Below are positions 29,204 to 37,906 of a stretch of 64,000 nucleotides of DNA, piece by piece. Position 1 is the first letter of the stretch, and the number at the start of each line of letters is the position of its first letter. The notes under the pieces are model-generated. The model had not been told where the DNA came from and searched no databases. It saw only the letters and a program-made list of their open reading frames with translations. A program made the position numbers and the translations under genes. Source of the DNA: Salinispira sp. (lineage in GTDB: Bacteria; Spirochaetota; Spirochaetia; DSM-27196; Salinispiraceae); the NCBI GenBank assembly GCA_965602015.1, contig OZ271918.1:928001-992000 (forward strand). The letters are read 5' to 3'.

Positions 29204-29954
29204 GCTGTTTCGCACTGCCCTCATGTTCTACACCCGCATCCCCGCCGGCCAAAATATTTCGGGGTCGAACGAAGACCTGAACCGGGCGACAGGTTTTCTG
29301 CCGCTCATCGGGTTAATCGTCGGAGGGCTATCCGCTGCGGCTTACGCACTGACTGCCGTAGTTCTTCCCCCGAATGCCGCTGTGGTAATCGCCATGATCG
29401 TCGGGGTGCTAGCTACCGGTTCATTTCACGAGGATGGATTCGCTGATACCTGCGACGGGTTGGGAGGCGGTTGGAGCGTCGAGGACAAATTGCGCATAAT
29501 GAAGGACAGCAGAGTCGGCTCCTATGCCCTTGCGGGTCTGACGCTGCTGTTCCTTCTCAAATTCGCCCTGCTTTCATCTTTCGCTCCCGCATTGGCTGTC
29601 TTCGCCATGATGGCCAGCCACATAACTGCGCGGGTAATTCCCCTGCTAATAATAAAGATGCTGCCTTATGTACGCGCCGATGATTTGAGCAAGGCTAAGC
29701 CGGTGTCTAAAGGAATCTCATGGTTCGTGCTGCTGACGGGAATGCTTTCGTCAGGTGCTCTGATAGGCGGACTGTATCTGTTGATGACTCCCGGACCTCC
29801 GCTTATGGTAATTATTGTGGTTCTACCTCTTATCCTCTCTCCGCTTATTGCGGCCTACTATCGGCGGAAGATGGGAGGATATACCGGCGACCTTCTTGGT
29901 GCGGCGGAACAGCTGGGTGAAGTCTGTGCCTTAGCATTTCTGGCTGCCCTGTGA
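29196..29954 (+). CDS. cobS: Adenosylcobinamide-GDP ribazoletransferase (cobalamin synthase)
   Basis: FYTRIP, TGSFHEDGFADTCDG, IMKDSRVG, GGYTGDLLGA. Confidence 0.95.
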   Translation: MIRLFRTALMFYTRIPAGQNISGSNEDLNRATGFLPLIGLIVGGLSAAAYALTAVVLPPNAAVVIAMIVGVLATGSFHEDGFADTCDGLGGGWSVEDKLRIMKDSRVGSYALAGLTLLFLLKFALLSSFAPALAVFAMMASHITARVIPLLIIKMLPYVRADDLSKAKPVSKGISWFVLLTGMLSSGALIGGLYLLMTPGPPLMVIIVVLPLILSPLIAAYYRRKMGGYTGDLLGAAEQLGEVCALAFLAAL

Positions 29955-30508
29955 TTCTGAACGTTGTACGACATCCTCCGGTGAATGTTCCTAACGGCCT
30001 CTGCTATGGCAAAATGGATGTTCCTTTGCAGCCCGGTTGGCAAGATTCTGCCGATCGGCTCGCCCAGCAATACCGACATCTCTTCGATGACTTCCAAGAT
30101 TCAAACCGAAAAATCTACAGCAGCCCTTCGCTGCGCTGCGCTGAGCCTGCAGCCTACCTGGCCGATGCGCTCGGCCTCAGCTTGGTGCAGGATGACCGCT
30201 TGAGGGAGCTGGATTTTGGGGCTTGGGAAGGATGGACCTATAAAGAACTATGGGAAAAAGAGCCCGCCTATCGTCACTGGATGGAATACTGGCAGACCGA
30301 ACAGACACCTTCTGGGGATTCCCTTCCCAAAATGATTCTCCGAGTTAACAGTTTCATCAGCAGTATTCAAAAAACTTCAGCGCTGTTGTGCACTCATGCC
30401 GGAGTTATTCGCATAGCCAGGGCCCTGTCCAGGAAGACCGAAGTACATAAAGCAATGAGTGTACCTGTGCCGTTTTTTGAGCTGATTACTATTGATAGCG
30501 AACTATGA
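29951..30508 (+). CDS. cobC: Alpha-ribazole phosphatase (histidine phosphatase family)
   Basis: VRH, CYG, YSSP, LRELDFGAWEG, THAGVIR; last gene of the cob operon. Confidence 0.88.
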   Translation: MILNVVRHPPVNVPNGLCYGKMDVPLQPGWQDSADRLAQQYRHLFDDFQDSNRKIYSSPSLRCAEPAAYLADALGLSLVQDDRLRELDFGAWEGWTYKELWEKEPAYRHWMEYWQTEQTPSGDSLPKMILRVNSFISSIQKTSALLCTHAGVIRIARALSRKTEVHKAMSVPVPFFELITIDSEL

Positions 30509-30573
30509 AATGAAAACCAAGCAGGGTATTATAAGATGATAGGTACTAACCATCCATCCCTTTTGGAGGCTTC

Positions 30574-31599
30574 ATGAACGATAAAAGCGCCCTCGGCCTG
30601 CGCCATGCGATTCCCTTTTTAGTGGGGTACAGCCTCATCCCGATATACCTTTTTGCACCAACGCCCTTAGCGGTTCCCCTTTTCATTTTTGTGGCCATCC
30701 CGCTGTTCGACCTGCTTCTTGGCAAAAGTACGGTGAATTTTCTGTCCGACCATATCCCCGCCGCCTTCGACATACTCGTGTGGCTCTGGCCCATAGTTCA
30801 AATCGTAAATCTCGCCTTTGCGCTCTACCAGGTATCAATCGGGGTAATTGCGGGCCCTTCATTAATAGGCCATGCTCTGGCCCTGGGGATGATAAACGGC
30901 GCGGTGGGAATCACCTATGCCCATGAACTGATTCACCGTAAGTCCCGGGCGGAGGTGTTTTTGGGAGAGATCATCCTGGCAAGCGTCTGCTATCTTCATT
31001 GGCGTATCGAGCATGTCCGGGGACACCATGCCCATGTGGCAACCCCTGAAGATCCGGCCAGCGCGCCTCGCGGCATGACGGTGTACCGGTTTATTCCCCG
31101 CTCAATCATCGGCACATGGGTGAGCGCCTGGCAGCTCGAAAAAACCCGGCTGGCCCGCCTGGACAAAGGCCCGTTCTCCGCCGGCAGTTACCTGTGGCCG
31201 GCGATACTGCTTCCGTTTGTTTTAACAGTTGGCACCGGCTTGGCGCTGGGCTTGGCGGCGATGGCCGTGTTTCTCCTGCAATCGCTTATTGCCGTAGTGC
31301 TGCTGGAGATCGTCAATTACATAGAGCACTACGGCCTAGAGCGTCGGCAGCTTGAAAGCGGGAATTATGAAAAACCCCACCCCGGCATATCGTGGAATGC
31401 GGACAACCGGCTAACCAATGCCTTTCTTATTAATCTTCAACGCCATTCAGATCACCACTCCCGGCCGCGGGTGCCGTATCCCCTTTTGGAATCGAAGGAG
31501 GAAGCTCCCCAGCTTCCCTTCGGATATGCAACCATGATTATCATGAGCCTAATTCCCCCGCTGTACAAGCGGGTTGTGGAGCCGCGGATTCCCGGTTAG
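30574..31599 (+). CDS. alkB: AlkB-family membrane di-iron monooxygenase
   Basis: All four AlkB His boxes: HELIH, EHVRGHH, NYIEHYG, LQRHSDHH; also VATPEDPASA and APQLPFGY. Confidence 0.9.
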   Translation: MNDKSALGLRHAIPFLVGYSLIPIYLFAPTPLAVPLFIFVAIPLFDLLLGKSTVNFLSDHIPAAFDILVWLWPIVQIVNLAFALYQVSIGVIAGPSLIGHALALGMINGAVGITYAHELIHRKSRAEVFLGEIILASVCYLHWRIEHVRGHHAHVATPEDPASAPRGMTVYRFIPRSIIGTWVSAWQLEKTRLARLDKGPFSAGSYLWPAILLPFVLTVGTGLALGLAAMAVFLLQSLIAVVLLEIVNYIEHYGLERRQLESGNYEKPHPGISWNADNRLTNAFLINLQRHSDHHSRPRVPYPLLESKEEAPQLPFGYATMIIMSLIPPLYKRVVEPRIPG

Positions 31600-31637
31600 G
31601 CTCCTGAGCGGCAAAACGGCATCGCCTATATTCCAGG

Positions 31638-32132
31638 TTATACCAGCGCCGAGACCAGTGGAGCTATGCTTGATTCGTCCATGCGGTCGAAGCCCCGCGC
31701 CATTTCAGTCATGGGACCGGTGCCGTTTTCCTTTTGTGACAGTTTAGCAAACAGCCAGCGCAACAAGGCGGGCCCCTCTGCGGGATTCCATCTTCCGGGA
31801 AATGCGTGGTAGCTCGCCGAGCTCTTCAGCCATTCGGGAACCGCGGCCTCTCTAAAACGTTCTGCTTCTTCGCCATCGGCGCCGGCGCCGCTTACTGTGA
31901 ACAGATGTACTGTTTTACCATGCAGGATTGACCGGTTTTTCTGCAGCCATGCAGCCGCATCGCTTTTTCCCATTTTGATGCTTCCCCCGACCACGATGGT
32001 CTGGTAATCCGACAGGTCCGCTGATTTTACCTTTTTTAACGGTACGGCCCGGTACCCGGTTTTTTGGGCAATCCATTCTGCGTATTGCCTGGTTGAGCCG
32101 TACTTCCCCCCGTAGACGATGATGCCGTTCAT
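31638..32132 (-). CDS. Flavodoxin-domain protein (HemG-like)
   Basis: IVYGGKYGSTRQYAEWIA and IVVGGSI flavodoxin motifs; AAGGAG RBS. Confidence 0.85.
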   Translation of the reverse strand: MNGIIVYGGKYGSTRQYAEWIAQKTGYRAVPLKKVKSADLSDYQTIVVGGSIKMGKSDAAAWLQKNRSILHGKTVHLFTVSGAGADGEEAERFREAAVPEWLKSSASYHAFPGRWNPAEGPALLRWLFAKLSQKENGTGPMTEMARGFDRMDESSIAPLVSALV

Positions 32133-32207
32133 GCAAATCTCCTTCAGCTAAGTTTATAGTGTTTAACACATGTGTTGAAGATTCTTGTTTCCGAATTGTA
32201 GGATTTG

Positions 32208-32756
32208 TTACCAGTAAACCGGATTGCTTATTGCCGCTGCGCAGCGGGTCGGACCGGACATCGGGGCAATATCCCCGCCCCTCAATGATTGAGCGAGCCA
32301 GCCTTCGGGGTAGCTCAGCGGTAGGGGAGCGGGAATTATGTCTTCACTTACCTGCAAGAAACCGCATCTACCGTAAAAATTAACATCACCGTAGGTGATA
32401 ACCGTATCGGCCCCAGTCTTAGCCAGAGCTTCAAGCCCGTGGGCGATTATCGACGTGCCGAATCCATTTCCCTGCCGTTCAGGGGCAACTGCAACCGGCG
32501 CCATGAGCCAGGCATCGGCACGGTCGGCAGATTTAAAACGCGAAAAGATTGCCGAAGCGCAAAGGGCATTTCCGTCAAATCCTGCGACAATACTGAGGTC
32601 TCCCGTTCTCCAGTCGTCAAGGAAATCGCTGACGAGTTTTCCAATAACCTGACCCTCATTGGGTCCTTCAGAAGCAGCGAATGTCCGGGAAAAGAGGCCG
32701 ATGAGGTCTTTTGTCAATGTGAGATCCGGCTTTTCAAAGATCATGGAAAAATGCAT
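32208..32756 (-). CDS. GNAT-family N-acetyltransferase
   Basis: MAPVAVAPERQGNGFG acetyl-CoA motif; YGDVNFYGRCGF. Confidence 0.88.
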   Translation of the reverse strand: MHFSMIFEKPDLTLTKDLIGLFSRTFAASEGPNEGQVIGKLVSDFLDDWRTGDLSIVAGFDGNALCASAIFSRFKSADRADAWLMAPVAVAPERQGNGFGTSIIAHGLEALAKTGADTVITYGDVNFYGRCGFLQVSEDIIPAPLPLSYPEGWLAQSLRGGDIAPMSGPTRCAAAISNPVYW

Positions 32757-32908
32757 TCGCTCTCCTCTCGCTTCAAGCTGCGATCGATAGGATAACTATA
32801 AAGTGCAAACTCGAAATTGATAAGCGGTTTTCTCGGCTTCGTCACCACAACGATTCACCGGTGCATTATAATGATGCGTATATCTTTTCTTAGCCCGGAG
32901 GCGCACAC

Positions 32909-35056
32909 ATGAATCTTCGGAACCTCCGTTTCCGTATAGTTCTGTTTATCCTGATAATTATCAGCCTATCAATCGGCAATCTCGTGTTTATCAGCTCGCA
33001 GTTTGCCCGGCTCGACTAATACACCAGGGCCATCAATGTTTCCGGTTCGCAGCGTATGCGAACCGTCCTCCTGAGCTATCTTGCCCGGGAGCATTACGAC
33101 AATATCCGTCTGGGAACCGGCGGGTCAGCTCAGGATCTTGCTTTGAGAGATACCTACCGGGAGGAGCTTGCGATCTATCAGCGATTTATAGCCGGGCTGA
33201 CTGAAGGCAGTGCGGAGATCGGTTTGCCGGTGATTGATGATGTGGAATACCGCGAGCTCATGTCGGATTATGTACTTGATTGGCAAGGCTACCTGCGAAG
33301 CCTCGACAGGGTTATGGGCGCTTCGAATGCCGGTCAGGTGCCGGACAGCGACGTCGCCGCCATCTCAAGCCTTCGCGCGAATGAGTTTAGAAGGGAAATA
33401 AGCGTTATCGTCGGCCGCCTTGAAGTGCTGGCTAACAGGCGGATATCCCAAATTCAATTCGCACTCCTGCTGTTCAACGGCGTTCTTTTGGCGCTGTTAG
33501 TTGCCATCGTATTTTTTATCAGTCGAAGCCTCGGTAGACTCACCGGTCTTGAACGGGTCATGGATGGTATGAGCCGGGGGGATCTGAGGGAACCCCTTGC
33601 AGTCAAAAGCCGAGATGAAATTTCCCGGATTTCATTGAGCTTGCTGGAATCGCGGGAGGGGATAATCGAGCTGCTAGGCCGCATGCAATCGACCATGATG
33701 GATAATGAACAGAATGCCAGGGGAATAGGCGCTCAGCTCTTTGAAAACATCAAAACGGTAAATAGAGCAGGCCAGCTTGCAGCCGATTCGAAAATCAGCT
33801 ACGAATCCCTCAGCGCATCCATCGAAAAGGCTGCATCCGCCAGGGCCCGGATTTCCGAGGACGTTACCAGAATATCCTCGAGCATTTCTGAACAGTCGAC
33901 GGCGGTAACCCAGACAACCGCCAGTATCGAGCAGATGAGCGCCTCCATAAATAACGTGTCGGCCATTTCCAGCCAGCGTATCAGCCATGCGAAAAATCTC
34001 ACCGATCTCACCCAGCGGAGCAACGAAGAGCTCCAGGATTCGGTGCGCTCGCTGCGGGAAATAAGCCAGCAGCTCGATGGAATTTTCGAGATGATCGCCG
34101 TGATCGACAACGTGGCGTCCCAAACCAACCTGCTGGCAATGAATGCCGCCATAGAAGCGGCGCACGCCGGTGAAGCCGGCCGGGGTTTCGCCGTTGTGGC
34201 GGATGAAATCCGCAAGCTCTCGGAAAGCACCAAGTCCAGTTCATCACAAATCGCCGAGAGTCTCACAGACCTGGTCCAGCGGATTCAGGAAACCTCGGAC
34301 ACCACAGGGCATTCAGGCGAAGCCTTCGAGACCATCGCCCGGGAAGTCGAGTCGGTCAGCGCCAGTTTTCAGGAAATCACCGACGCCACCAAGGAACTGG
34401 CGGTGGGCACCAATGAAGTCGTCGCCGCCGCCTCGACGCTAATGGACCTCAGCCGTGATTTCGAGGGCCGGGCGGAGAATATAACCGAATCAGCCGAGGC
34501 TTTGAATACTGCAATAAATGAAGTTACCACGTCGAGCTCACTGGTGCTCACAAATCTCAGGGGAATAGAGGACGCCATCGGACAGATAAACATGAGCTCG
34601 CGGACCATAAATTCCCGTTCCCAGCAGAATAACCAGGGAATCGAGCGGCTCATTGAACAGCTGGCAAAGTTTTCGATTTCCGACGATTTTTCAGATCGCA
34701 CACAGAAGACCCGGTCGTATATCGAGCTTTCGGAAATCATCATCAATCACTCGGATTTTATATCCCTCTCCCGGGGGATCCTCGATGGGAAAATTAAACC
34801 CGATCACTCGCAGCTCTCTGCAGAGTCCCACGAAAGAATGGACCGTTGGGTTCAAGGGGAAAGCTCACGGGCATTTCGCTCCCGGGGGAACTGGCAGGAA
34901 ATGATGGACCTTCATGAGCGAATCCACGGCTATGCGGACCGGATCAGTAAAGGTGCCGCATCCGGAGAGTCCTGGCCGGAACTGCATCAGGTTTACCAGA
35001 GCCTGTTCAGCGATTCCCAGAGCTTAATCGCGATTTTGAACTCGTATTTTGATTAA
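32909..35056 (+). pseudogene. Methyl-accepting chemotaxis protein with NarX/PilJ-type sensor and CZB-like tail, interrupted by in-frame TAA at 33017-33019
   Basis: GGAGG RBS and ATG 32909; TM1 (IVLFILIIISLSIGNLVFI); TAA at codon 37; then in-frame [12 protein letters not shown]2, HAMP, and [33 protein letters not shown]. Confidence 0.85.
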
Positions 35057-35149
35057 GGGGAATAGCGACAATTCCAGAACATGCCGCAGGCACCGTACAA
35101 TGTAGCTAAGCGAGATTGACAGCAAGGCGGACCAATTGGCGACTAAGCC

Positions 35150-35206
35150 TTATCACAGACGCTGGGGATCGCTGAGTTGCCCCAAATCGACCTCTGGGGG
35201 AGTTGA
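35150..35206 (+). pseudogene. 3' remnant of a DinB-family gene
   Basis: Translates LSQTLGIAELPQIDLWGS*, identical over 17 aa to the C-terminus of the gene at 40248-40763, with several synonymous nucleotide differences. Confidence 0.85.
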
Positions 35207-35226
35207 CTCAGGATAAGGAGGATAAG

Positions 35227-36171
35227 ATGAAGTTCGAAAGGCACATTGTACCGCATTTGTGGTTTAGTACCGAGGCATTGGACGCAGCCGATTTTTATTG
35301 CTCCCTTTTTCCCAATTCGAAAATCAACTCAAAATATGTGATACATGATACTCCTTCCGGGGAATGCGATATTGTCTCCTTTGAATTATGGGGGCAACCC
35401 TTTGAAGCAATCAGCGCCGGACCTCATTTTGAAATTAATCCCTCAATTTCCATTATGGTAAATTTCGACCCGGTTTTTTTTCGGGATGAAGAGAACCCGG
35501 AAGATGCCGGCCGTGAAATGCTGAATACGATTTGGCATAAGCTTATTGACGGCGGCGAAGCATTTATGGAAATCGGCAGCTATGATTTTAGTCCCCGTTA
35601 CGGCTGGGTTAAAGACAAGTTTGGAATGACCTGGCAGCTCATCCTCACAGATCCCGGCGGAGATCCGAGGCCTCCCATGATGCTTTCACTCTTATTTGTC
35701 GGGGATGCCTGCGGAAAGGCTGGTGAGGCCGGTTCATTTTACCGTTCCCTCTTTTCCAACTCGGATACCGGGCTTACGGTCCCGTACTCTGCCGGTATGG
35801 AGCCTGACAGAGAGAGAACGACCATGTTCTCGGACTTTAAATTAGGTAAATCCTGGATAACTGCCGCCGACAGTGCGTATGACCATCAATTCTGCTTCAA
35901 TGAAGCTGTCTCTCTGATTCTTTATTGCAACAATCAGGATGAGATCGATTATCTCACAAAGAAGCTTTCGGCAGTACCTGACTCCGAACAATGCGGTTGG
36001 GTTAAAGATCGATATGGAATCTCCTGGCAAATAGTGCCTGAGGCTTATGTGCAAATGATGAGGCACGGTAATGAGAAGCAGATTCAATCAATGAATATAT
36101 CTCTACTGGGCATGAAAAAAATCGACATTGCCGAGCTACAATCAGCCTTTTATAGAGTCAACAATGAATGA
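35227..36171 (+). CDS. Tandem VOC/PhnB-like (3-dmu-9_3-mt) protein
   Basis: IVPHLWF, YGWVKDKFGMTWQ and CGWVKDRYGISWQ repeats; GGAGG RBS. Confidence 0.9.
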   Translation: MKFERHIVPHLWFSTEALDAADFYCSLFPNSKINSKYVIHDTPSGECDIVSFELWGQPFEAISAGPHFEINPSISIMVNFDPVFFRDEENPEDAGREMLNTIWHKLIDGGEAFMEIGSYDFSPRYGWVKDKFGMTWQLILTDPGGDPRPPMMLSLLFVGDACGKAGEAGSFYRSLFSNSDTGLTVPYSAGMEPDRERTTMFSDFKLGKSWITAADSAYDHQFCFNEAVSLILYCNNQDEIDYLTKKLSAVPDSEQCGWVKDRYGISWQIVPEAYVQMMRHGNEKQIQSMNISLLGMKKIDIAELQSAFYRVNNE

Positions 36172-36577
36172 GAGGATAACGGTGAATGCCGCCGTCAAAA
36201 ATGACATTGAAACTGTGTGGAGAGCATGGACAGAACCTGAACACATTGTTAACTGGTATTTCGCCTCAGATGAATGGCATTGTCCTGCGGCAAGTAATGA
36301 TTTTACGCAAGGCGGGGCATTTAGTTATACCCTGGCGGCAAAAGACGGAAGCGCGAAATTTGATTATGACGGCTCGTATGCAAAGATAGTGGACCATGAG
36401 CTGATTGAGTTTTCGCTGAACGACGGACGATTGGTGACCGTATCCTTCACCCAGCTATCTGAGGAAGTTCAGATTCAAGAATCCTTCGAACCGGATCATC
36501 AGGTCTCGCCGGAAATGCAAAAGATGGGCTGGCAGGCGATCCTGAACAACTTTTGTATCTACACCGAAAAGCTGTGA
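36164..36577 (+). CDS. SRPBCC (AHSA1/START-like) domain protein
   Basis: VWRAWTEPEHIVNW...WHCP...GWQAILNNF. Confidence 0.88.
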   Translation: MNERITVNAAVKNDIETVWRAWTEPEHIVNWYFASDEWHCPAASNDFTQGGAFSYTLAAKDGSAKFDYDGSYAKIVDHELIEFSLNDGRLVTVSFTQLSEEVQIQESFEPDHQVSPEMQKMGWQAILNNFCIYTEKL

Positions 36578-36586
36578 GGTACGTGC

Positions 36587-36994
36587 ATGCATCGTGAAAT
36601 AGAAACGTTTAACCTGAACCAGGATGAGGGATATCGGGAAATCGCCGCCTTGCTTGCGTCGACAATCGATGCCTGTCTTCCCAAAGCCGAGAGCAAAATC
36701 TGGCACCGTCACCCGGTCTGGTTTCTGCATGGAAACCCGACGGTTGGTTACAGCAGGCAAAAAACCGGATTTCGGCTCATGTTCTGGAGCGGAGCTGATT
36801 TTGGCGATACCGATCTCAAGCCCGGCACCGGCAAGTTCAAGGATGCTTCGATTTTCTATAACTCTGTTGATGAAATAGACGTGGCAGCTCTTAAAGGCTG
36901 GCTCGAAACCTCTAGGATCATCCAATGGGACTATAAAAATATATACAAGCGCAAAGGCCGCCTGGAGAGGATAGAACACGATGGGAACAACTAA
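36587..36994 (+). CDS. DUF1801-domain protein
   Basis: KIWHRHPVWF...VGYS...RLMFWSG...QWDYKN. Confidence 0.8.
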   Translation: MHREIETFNLNQDEGYREIAALLASTIDACLPKAESKIWHRHPVWFLHGNPTVGYSRQKTGFRLMFWSGADFGDTDLKPGTGKFKDASIFYNSVDEIDVAALKGWLETSRIIQWDYKNIYKRKGRLERIEHDGNN

Positions 36995-37358
36995 CTACGC
37001 CACATTTATTGAATATCTGGAAGGCCAGCCCGAAGCATGCAGACAGGCATTGCAGGAGCTTCGTCGAATAATTTTGCAGGTCGTTCCCGAAACTGAAGAG
37101 CTATTCAACTATAATATCCCGGCTTTTACTTTGGTGCCCGGAGGAAAGCGGGAACATCAGATCATGATTGCCGGCTACAAAAAGCATGTGGGGCTCTATC
37201 CGCATCCCACGGCCATGGAGCATTTTGAGCCGCGCCTTACCCCGTATAAACGAGGGAAGGGATCTGTGCAATTCCCCGTGCATGAAGAATTGCCGAAAGA
37301 CCTGATTACCGAGATGATACAATACCGGCTGAGACTTATCTCTCAGATATCCGCTTAA
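36981..37358 (+). CDS. DUF1801/YdhG-like protein
   Basis: LRRIILQVVP, YNIPAF, KHVGLYP, KGSVQFP. Confidence 0.82.
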   Translation: MGTTNYATFIEYLEGQPEACRQALQELRRIILQVVPETEELFNYNIPAFTLVPGGKREHQIMIAGYKKHVGLYPHPTAMEHFEPRLTPYKRGKGSVQFPVHEELPKDLITEMIQYRLRLISQISA

Positions 37359-37797
37359 AAGAATTTTCTAGGGAGCCGAATAGCTTGTAGAGCATTGCTA
37401 TCTCTTCATCGCTGTATGTATCCATCAACCCATAGAGTTCAGTAAATAAATTTTGGGATATGTATTGCTGATAGTCTTCGTATATCTGCTTCCCCAGATC
37501 AGTTAAACTGACAAAGACTTCCTTCTTATTTCCGGTTTTGTTGTATCTGAAAATGTACCTTTTCTTCTCAAGTTTTTTCATCGTTTTGGTGATGGCGGTT
37601 TTTGTAACTCCGAGCTCTTTCGCGAAAGCGGTCATATTAGACATTTCGTTCATAATGATTTCTTCAATTACCTGAGCTTCAGAAAAAGAAATTGTGTGCC
37701 CCTGAATGCTTATTTGCTTGTTTTGGAGCAAAGCATATTCATTCAACACACGAATCACCAGCTCATTGAGGTCATGATACTTTCCCATCCATTCCAT
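37336..37797 (-). CDS. MarR-family transcriptional regulator
   Basis: AKELGVTKTAITKTMKKLEKK...NKKEVFVSLTDLG winged HTH. Confidence 0.9.
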   Translation of the reverse strand: MEWMGKYHDLNELVIRVLNEYALLQNKQISIQGHTISFSEAQVIEEIIMNEMSNMTAFAKELGVTKTAITKTMKKLEKKRYIFRYNKTGNKKEVFVSLTDLGKQIYEDYQQYISQNLFTELYGLMDTYSDEEIAMLYKLFGSLENSFKRISER

Positions 37798-37847
37798 CGG
37801 ATGATTTTATCGTTTTTAGCCAGAATGCAGTAGTGCTTTGTCCCGGC

Positions 37848-37880
37848 AAAAAAAGAAGGCGGCAAATTCGCCGCCTTCTT
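37848..37880 (-). terminator. Rho-independent terminator after the membrane hydrolase gene
   Basis: Minus strand AAGAAGGCGG-CGAATTTG-CCGCCTTCTT with a T tract. Confidence 0.85.
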
Positions 37881-37906
37881 CGATCGAGTATCAAATGCTT
37901 GTTGTT

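Noticed and set aside
33017..33019. Programmed recoding (Sec/Pyl) of the MCP stop
   Set aside because: The codon is TAA, not TGA or TAG, and TAA is a normal stop for many genes in this window.
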